From positions 4,160,001 to 4,224,000 of the forward strand of contig OZ244065.1 in the NCBI GenBank assembly GCA_965215505.1: a stretch of DNA of 64,000 nucleotides. The letters run 5' to 3'. Below the pieces are notes generated by a model. The model did no database searches. It was not told the DNA's origin and saw only the letters and a program-made list of their open reading frames with translations. Both the position numbers and the translations under genes were made by a program. The stretch comes from Capsulimonadaceae bacterium. Lineage in GTDB: Bacteria; Armatimonadota; Armatimonadia; Armatimonadales; Capsulimonadaceae. Shown in pieces: positions 58,176 through 64,000 of the stretch; the first letter of the stretch is position 1, and every line of letters begins with the position of its first letter.

Positions 58176-58700
58176 TCAGGCCTCGGTGTCTTGCTCGGCC
58201 TCGGTGTTTCGCTCGGAATCGGAAGAGCCTCCCGCACGGCGCAGGCTCTCTGCGCGGGCAGATCGCTCGCGGCCGCGCAAGACCTCGCGGATGTCGTCCT
58301 CACCGAAGTCGAAGCGCCAGCCGCTTGCGTCGGCCAGGTAGCTGAAGCGGTGGTGCCGCTCATCGTCACGGAATAGTACAACGCCGGTATTCGGCACCTC
58401 CACCGCGATAACGTAGCCCTGCGGCGTCTCGACTTCCATGCTCTGGTGGCCGCCGGCCAGCGACACGTCATAGAAGGTGCCGGCCCGCCGCCGCCGCTCG
58501 CTTTCCAGGAGCGTGCGTACGAGCGCGCTTGCCCCCTCGGGCTGCGAGAGCGCCCAGTGCCACAGATCGTCCGGCATGGACACGGGGTGCTGCCCCAGAG
58601 GGACCGGATGAGAGGGTCGCCCCCGCCGCTTTGCTTTTTCTGGCTGCTCGGCCTCAGTCGTCTTCTCACCAGGCTTACCAGGCGCGTCAGTGTCTGACAT
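58176..58700 (-). CDS. Hypothetical DNA-binding protein (RGRP motif plus RHH-like segment)
   Basis: GGAGG RBS; KRRGRP...HPVSMPDDLWHWALSQPEGASALVRTLLESE. Confidence 0.55.
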   Translation of the reverse strand: MSDTDAPGKPGEKTTEAEQPEKAKRRGRPSHPVPLGQHPVSMPDDLWHWALSQPEGASALVRTLLESERRRRAGTFYDVSLAGGHQSMEVETPQGYVIAVEVPNTGVVLFRDDERHHRFSYLADASGWRFDFGEDDIREVLRGRERSARAESLRRAGGSSDSERNTEAEQDTEA

Positions 58701-59106
58701 TCGTTACCTCCCGCCGCTTCGTCCGCGTTTGGTACTTACGGTCACGCTCGTACTTACGATCAAATTTGCTCAACTCTACTGTTTCCGACCGGCTCGCTCT
58801 GTCCGCCGCCATCCATGGTTTCAGCAAACGCTTTTTCATTTTGCCTGCTCTATTTTGCCTGCTTACTCCAGCTTCCTTAGTCTAGCTTGTCTGGCAGCAA
58901 CCAGTTAAAATCCCCAGGACCCTTAGACAGACTATTCTAGCATATAAAGATATAATTAATAGTTTTTATAGTATAATTTAATCGTCCGCGAGAACATGAC
59001 ATCCGTGCTGCCGAGGTGCTGCATGGAAGAGGCGGTCGGTTGGAGGTGCTGGACAGCAAGGACATGAGGATGTAGGGACTCAAGGGAGGGCGCGTCCATG
59101 GCAATC

Positions 59107-59203
59107 CCCTTCCACTTGCTTCCCTTCCACTTGCTTCCCTTCAGCCCGCCGGAATGTTTTCGGCATGAGAGCGTTCGGCATGAGAGCGTTCGGCATGAGA
59201 GCG
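59107..59203. repeat. Two 15-bp tandem repeat sets
   Basis: CCCTTCCACTTGCTT x2.4 (59107-59142) and TTCGGCATGAGAGCG x3 (59159-59203). Confidence 0.92.
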
Positions 59204-59345
59204 TCATGTAGAAGCGGTCAGACTAGCCGCAGCCCGAGGTCAGCCGCAGTTATAGACCAGGGGATCATGGGCCAAGGGAGCATGGACCGAGGGAACCGTA
59301 TTCAGGCAGGGGCGCGACCGCCGCAGCAACGCGCAGGAGAAACAG

Positions 59346-60983
59346 ATGAAAGTCGAACCCATGAAGATCAAAGGCGCGATCCTCTACACCCGTGTGAGTA
59401 CCGGCGACCAAGACAAGAACGGGACGAGCCCGGAGACTCAGCTCGCCTCTTGCCGGGACAAGGCCCTGACCCTGAGCCTGCCCATTATCGCTGAGTATCA
59501 CGACGGCGGCATCAGTGGGGGCTACCTGCTGACGCGCCCCGGGATGCAGACCGCCCTCGCCGACATCCTGGCGGGGCGGGCCGACACGCTCATCTGTGCC
59601 AACATCAGCCGCTACAGCCGCGACGTGGAACACCAGCAGGCCATCAAGAAGGCCGTCCGTGCCGCCGGAGGCCGCATCGTCTTCTGCGACATGGACTTCG
59701 ACGACACGCCCGAAGGGAACCTGGCCCTCGGCATCATGGGCGGCTTCGCGCAGTACGAGAGGGCCGTCATCAAGGACCGGACCATGAAGGGCAAGCGCAA
59801 GCGGGCGGAGGAGGGGCAGCAGCCCCAGCACAGCACCCCGGCCTACGGCTACCACATCGTCACCAACGCCCAGGTGGAATGCGGCCTCTACCCGCCCGAG
59901 ATGCGGGGGCGTTACGTCGTCATTGAAGAGGAGGCCGCGGTCGTGCGGGAGCTGTTCGCCGCCTACGCCGCCGGGGGCGTCGGATGCGCGCCGCTCGCCC
60001 AGCGGCTGAACGCCCGGCGCGTCCCCGCCTCACGGGGCGGCCTCCGGCACCCCGTCTGCGTGTCCATCATCCTCCGGAACCCCGTCTACAAAGGACAGCC
60101 CGCCTACGGGCGCGTCGCCCGCGCCCTCGGCGAGCCGGGGCCGGACGACCGCAACCAGCTGACCGGGCGGCCCCTGCTGCGCCCCCGCGCCGTCGAAACG
60201 CCGGGCAAGCAGCCCGTCGCCCTGTCGGCTCCCCCGCTCGTTTCGGCGGAGCTGTGGGAAGCGGCGCAGGCCCGGCTCGCCGAAAACCGGGGGCGGCTCG
60301 TCGGCAGCCTCAAACAGGCACGGATGCTCACCGGCCGGGTGGAATGCCCCTGCGGCCACCGCGCCGCCATCGTCGGCGGCCGGGGCAAGAAAGCCTACCA
60401 ATGCTTCGCCGAACAGCAGAGCCGGTTCTTGCGCGGGACCTCGGCTTGCAGCGCCGCCACCTATTCCCTGCCCCGGACGGAGCAGAGCGTCATCCGCTCC
60501 CTCCAGAACGCCGCCGAACATCCCGAAGCCATCGCCGCCGCCGTGCAGGCCTATCAGTAGCCGGAAGCCGGCACGCAAAACAACGCGGACGCCGCCGACC
60601 TGCGCCGGGAACTCGCCGCCATGGACGCCGCCGCCGCCCAGATCAAGCAGGAAGAGGCCGCCGCCGTGCAGGCGCAGATCTCCGGGATTTAGGCCGGAGC
60701 CAGCCCGGACGCTTACGCCGCCGTGTTCGCCGGCCTCGCCGCCCGCCGCAAAGGCCTGGAAGACCGGCGCAGGACTGTCGCGCGGAGCCTGGGAACCCAA
60801 AGCCAGAAAAAAGGCGGGCTGACGATATCAGCCCGCCGGGACGATGCCGGACTGGCCCAACAGGCCCTCCGGGACATGGCCCGCGTCCTCTCGTCCGACG
60901 CCGTGCCCGGACGGGAGAAGCGCGACCTCGTCGGCCGCATCATCGCCCGGGTCGTGTGCCGGCCGGACGGGGCCGACGTCTAA
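59346..60983 (+). pseudogene. Large serine recombinase with two in-frame TAG codons in the C-terminal coiled-coil region
   Basis: YTRVST, SRYSR, AQYERAVIKDRT, AYGY, ILRNPVYKG, PPLVSAELWEAAQ, C-x-C zinc ribbon; TAG at 60558 and 60690; frame continues to TAA at 60981. Confidence 0.9.
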
Positions 60984-61429
60984 TACCTGCCGGATGCCTT
61001 CCCCGCCGCGTCGCCATTTGCTAACTCGATGCTCACCGAGTTGATGCAGTAGCGCTGCCCCGTCGGCACCGGGCCGTCGTCGAAGACGTGGCCCAAATGG
61101 CTGCCGCAGCGGGCGCAGGTGACTTCAACGCGGCGCATCCCGAAGGAGTGGTCCTCGTGCATGTCCACCGTGCCGGGCTTGGCGTCGTAGAAGCTCGGCC
61201 AGCCGCAGTGCGAGTCGAACTTGGTGCCCGACTCGAACAGCTCCTGCCCGCAGGCCGCGCAGACATAGGTCCCGCCGTCCTTCGTGTCCACATACTTGCC
61301 CGTGAAGGGCCGCTCCGTCCCCTTCTCGCGCAGGACATGGTACTGGGCGGGCGTGAGCTGCTCCCGCCACTCCTGCTCCGTCTTGACGATCTTTTCCACT
61401 GTGTTTCCCGTCGTGCCTGTCTCGCTCAT
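60980..61429 (-). CDS. msrB: Peptide-methionine (R)-S-oxide reductase
   Basis: [36 protein letters not shown]. Confidence 0.97.
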   Translation of the reverse strand: MSETGTTGNTVEKIVKTEQEWREQLTPAQYHVLREKGTERPFTGKYVDTKDGGTYVCAACGQELFESGTKFDSHCGWPSFYDAKPGTVDMHEDHSFGMRRVEVTCARCGSHLGHVFDDGPVPTGQRYCINSVSIELANGDAAGKASGRY

Positions 61430-61536
61430 CGGTGTCTCCCTTTCCACGGTGTTCGTTACCTGTTTAAACACAAACGGGAGTGGCCGCGTTCCACTCCGGG
61501 CGGCCTACTTCGCCGGGAGGGCGCGGCCGGAGAAGA

Positions 61537-61590
61537 GGGCGTGATGAATCGCGACCCTACAGTTTGACTCCCCCCAAATTGGGGGCCGGG
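61537..61590. repeat. REP-like palindromic elements
   Basis: Minus strand reads GTAGGGTCGCGATTCATCACGCCC (GTAG-type REP); adjacent CCCCCAAATTGGGGG hairpin. Confidence 0.6.
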
Positions 61591-61611
61591 AGCGATCTTC
61601 CTCCCCGCGCC

Positions 61612-61640
61612 TTGACAGCCCCTGCCCTCTTCTGTATACT
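61612..61640 (+). promoter_or_regulatory. Sigma70-type promoter
   Basis: TTGACA-17 bp-TATACT upstream of the deacylase gene. Confidence 0.8.
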
Positions 61641-61674
61641 GTGGGAAACATTCGGCGACAAGGAACTACTCATC

Positions 61675-63246
61675 ATGCGCGTGCTGGAGCGATTGGCAGG
61701 GCTGGGGATGGTCTGCGGGCTGGGAACGCTGGCGGCGGGCATGGCTTGGGGACAGGTGCCGCCCGCCCCGGCGGCACCTGCGCCGGCCTCCACGCTGATT
61801 CAGGGCGGGACAGTCATTGACGGCACGGGGGCGAAGGGCCGCGTGGAAGACGTGCGCGTGGTGGGGGAGCGCATCTCGGCCGTCGGGCGGCTCCGGCCGG
61901 TGCCCGGCGAGCGGGTCATAGACGCGCACGGGCTGGTCGTCGCGCCCGGCTTCATCGACGCCCACTCCCACGCGGACGGCGGGTTGCTGCAAGACCCGAA
62001 CGCCGACACGATGATCCGGCAGGGCATCACGACCTCCGTGGTCGGCCAGGACGGCGGCTCGCACTTCCCGCTCAAAGACTATTTCGCCCAACTCGAAAGC
62101 GCGCACGTCGCCCTGAACATCGCCTCCTTCGTCGGGCACGGGACGATGCGGCAGCAGGTGATGGGCAAGGATTACAAGCGGGCCTCGACGCCCGAAGAGA
62201 CGGCAAAGATGCAGGCGTTGGTAGCCCAGGAAATGGACTCCGGCGGGCTGGGGCTGTCTTCGGGCCTGGAATACGATCCGGGCTTCTACTCCACGACGGG
62301 CGAGCTGGAGGCGCTGTCTGAGGTGGCCGGGCGGCACGGCGGGCTGTACATCAGCCACGTCCGCGACGAGGGTGACAAGGTCTTCGACTCGTTCCGCGAG
62401 CTGATCGCCATCGGCAAGGACGGCCACATGCCGGCGCAAATTTCGCATATCAAGCTGGACACCAGCCCCGTGTGGGGCAAGGCCGGGGACGCGCTCGGGC
62501 TGATGGACGACGCCGCGAAGCGCGGGCAGGACGTGAGCGCGGACGTCTACCCCTACACCTTCTGGCAGTCCACCATCACCGTCATCATCCCGACGCGCGA
62601 CTGGACCGACCGGGCGGCCTGGACGAAGGGGCTGGCCGAGGTCGGCGGGGCCTCCCACATCCTGCTGACCAGCGACTCGGCGGACCCCGCCTGGCAGGGG
62701 AAGACCATCGCGCAGATCGCCGACATGACCCACCAGGACGCCGTCTCGGTCGTCCAGGCCATCGTCGCCCACACGCACGGGCCTCAGGCCAAGCCCGGCG
62801 CGGGCGAGAGCGTGGTGGTGACGGCGATGACCGAGGACGACGTCAAAAGGTTCGTCTCCTCGCCCCGAATCATGTTCTGCACCGACGGCAACCTGCACCC
62901 GAGCCACCCGCGCGGGGCAGGCTCGTTCCCGCGCGTCCTGGGCCGCTATGTGCGTCAGATGCACGCCCTGACATTAGAGGCGGCGATCCACAAGATGACC
63001 GACCTGCCCGCTCGGCGCTTCGGGTTCGCCCACCGGGGCCAGGTCGCGCCCGGCTTCCAGGCTGACCTCGTCCTGTTCGACCCTTTGACCGTTTTGGACA
63101 AGGCGACCACGGCCGACCCCGCTGCCCCACCGGTCGGCCTGCCGGACGTCTTCGTGAACGGCGCATTGGTGCTGGACAACGGCGCGTTCACCGGCGCACA
63201 CCCCGGCGAAGTGCTGCGGCGGCCGGTGGTGACGGCGGGGCGGTAG
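61675..63246 (+). CDS. N-acyl-D-amino-acid deacylase (amidohydrolase 3 family)
   Basis: APGFIDAHSH, QGITT, GLSSGLEY, SHVRDE, HPRGAGSFPR, ADLVLFD; signal peptide. Confidence 0.92.
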   Translation: MRVLERLAGLGMVCGLGTLAAGMAWGQVPPAPAAPAPASTLIQGGTVIDGTGAKGRVEDVRVVGERISAVGRLRPVPGERVIDAHGLVVAPGFIDAHSHADGGLLQDPNADTMIRQGITTSVVGQDGGSHFPLKDYFAQLESAHVALNIASFVGHGTMRQQVMGKDYKRASTPEETAKMQALVAQEMDSGGLGLSSGLEYDPGFYSTTGELEALSEVAGRHGGLYISHVRDEGDKVFDSFRELIAIGKDGHMPAQISHIKLDTSPVWGKAGDALGLMDDAAKRGQDVSADVYPYTFWQSTITVIIPTRDWTDRAAWTKGLAEVGGASHILLTSDSADPAWQGKTIAQIADMTHQDAVSVVQAIVAHTHGPQAKPGAGESVVVTAMTEDDVKRFVSSPRIMFCTDGNLHPSHPRGAGSFPRVLGRYVRQMHALTLEAAIHKMTDLPARRFGFAHRGQVAPGFQADLVLFDPLTVLDKATTADPAAPPVGLPDVFVNGALVLDNGAFTGAHPGEVLRRPVVTAGR

Positions 63247-63282
63247 GATTCCCCAGCCCTGCTCAGACGGAAGGGTGCCTGA

Positions 63283-64000
63283 ATGCCGCGAACGCAGCAA
63301 CAAGAAAGCGCACAAGATGGCCTGAACGAAACCACGACACAGGCGGCGCAGGAGGAGCGGGGGAAGCTGCGAAGCCATTTCGGGCGGCGCGACATCCTCT
63401 TCTACCTCATCTGCACCCTCGTCGGGATGGATACCATCGGCGCGGTCGCCAAGAACGGCGCGCAGGGGTTCACCTGGCTCGCATTTTTAGGCGTCTTCTT
63501 CTTCCTGCCCTACGGCTTGCTGACCGCCGAGCTGGGGGCCGCCTTCACCGCCGAGGGCGGGCCGTATGTCTGGACGCGGCTGGCCTTCGGGCGGCTGGCT
63601 GGGGCGATCACCGCCGTACTCTACTGGGTGTCAAACCCGATCTGGGTGGGCGGGTCACTGTGCATCACCGCCGTCACCGCCTTCGGGGACTTCGTCACGC
63701 CCCTGCACGGGGCCGCCAAGTACGCCTTCGCGCTGGCCTTCATCTGGCTGTCCGTCGGCTCCGCCGTCGTCTCGCTGAGAGTCGGCAAGTGGCTCCCGAC
63801 GGCGGGGGCCTGGGCGCGGATCGCCGTCCTGTCCTTCTTCACCTTTACCGTCGGGCTTTACGCCGCCCGGCACGGGGTCCACGGGTTCCACGGACACGAC
63901 TTCTCCCCGACTTATGCCGTCTTCATCGCCGCCGTACCCGTGCTGGTCTTCAACTACACCGGCTTCGAACTGCCCAACGCGGCGGGGGAGGAGATGCGGC
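63283..64000 (+). CDS. APC-family amino acid permease; 3' partial
   Basis: Manual translation: ICTLVGMDTIG, AELGAAFTAEGGPYVW, FNYTGFELPNAAGEEM; runs off the window end. Confidence 0.9.
   Translation, partial: MPRTQQQESAQDGLNETTTQAAQEERGKLRSHFGRRDILFYLICTLVGMDTIGAVAKNGAQGFTWLAFLGVFFFLPYGLLTAELGAAFTAEGGPYVWTRLAFGRLAGAITAVLYWVSNPIWVGGSLCITAVTAFGDFVTPLHGAAKYAFALAFIWLSVGSAVVSLRVGKWLPTAGAWARIAVLSFFTFTVGLYAARHGVHGFHGHDFSPTYAVFIAAVPVLVFNYTGFELPNAAGEEMR

Noticed and set aside
56665-59203. CRISPR array
   Set aside because: Repeats are head-to-tail with no unique spacers, units are short, and no cas genes are present.
18860-60692. Amber (TAG) recoding suggested by three in-frame TAG codons
   Set aside because: Intact genes here end in TAG (8884, 27890, 30334, 63246), and frameshifts and a TAA lesion also occur, so decay explains it better.
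13900-61030. attL/attR direct repeats bounding the island
   Set aside because: None found by eye; serine recombinase cores are often too short to see without a comparative alignment.

Overview
High-GC bacterial window. An Armatimonadota-like host is a weak inference from the VWPPxP-tailed membrane protein and the GntR-LacI hybrid regulator. Layout: (1) 1-6.6 kb, defence block: SF2/SNF2-like helicase translationally coupled to an Eco57I/type IIG-like N6-adenine methyltransferase with a low-GC target-recognition region, then a ParE/RelE-like toxin flanked by two antitoxin-like genes. (2) 6.6-13.9 kb, mixed genes: rnhA, a beta-propeller protein, a kinase-TonB_C fusion, a degenerate kinase and a J-domain protein. 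(3) An IS256 element with no target-site duplication. (4) About 15.7-56.5 kb, a plus-strand, partly decaying glycan-utilisation island: GH28 remnant, SASA-GH76-CBM13, GH2 x2, GH35, GH43, GH36-like, GH38, GH92, GH116-like, SGNH esterases, a LecA-like protein, PhyH, two NIF3 paralogues, an MFS sugar porter and two LacI-type regulators. (5) 56.5-61 kb, a tandem-repeat-rich region ending in a large serine recombinase broken by nonsense codons. (6) msrB, a D-aminoacylase and an APC permease. The least explained signal is two long, multi-stem putative RNAs flanking the LacI gene (about 41875-42192 and 43426-43699); their G-U wobbles favour the plus strand. All calls come from manual motif reading; no searches were run.
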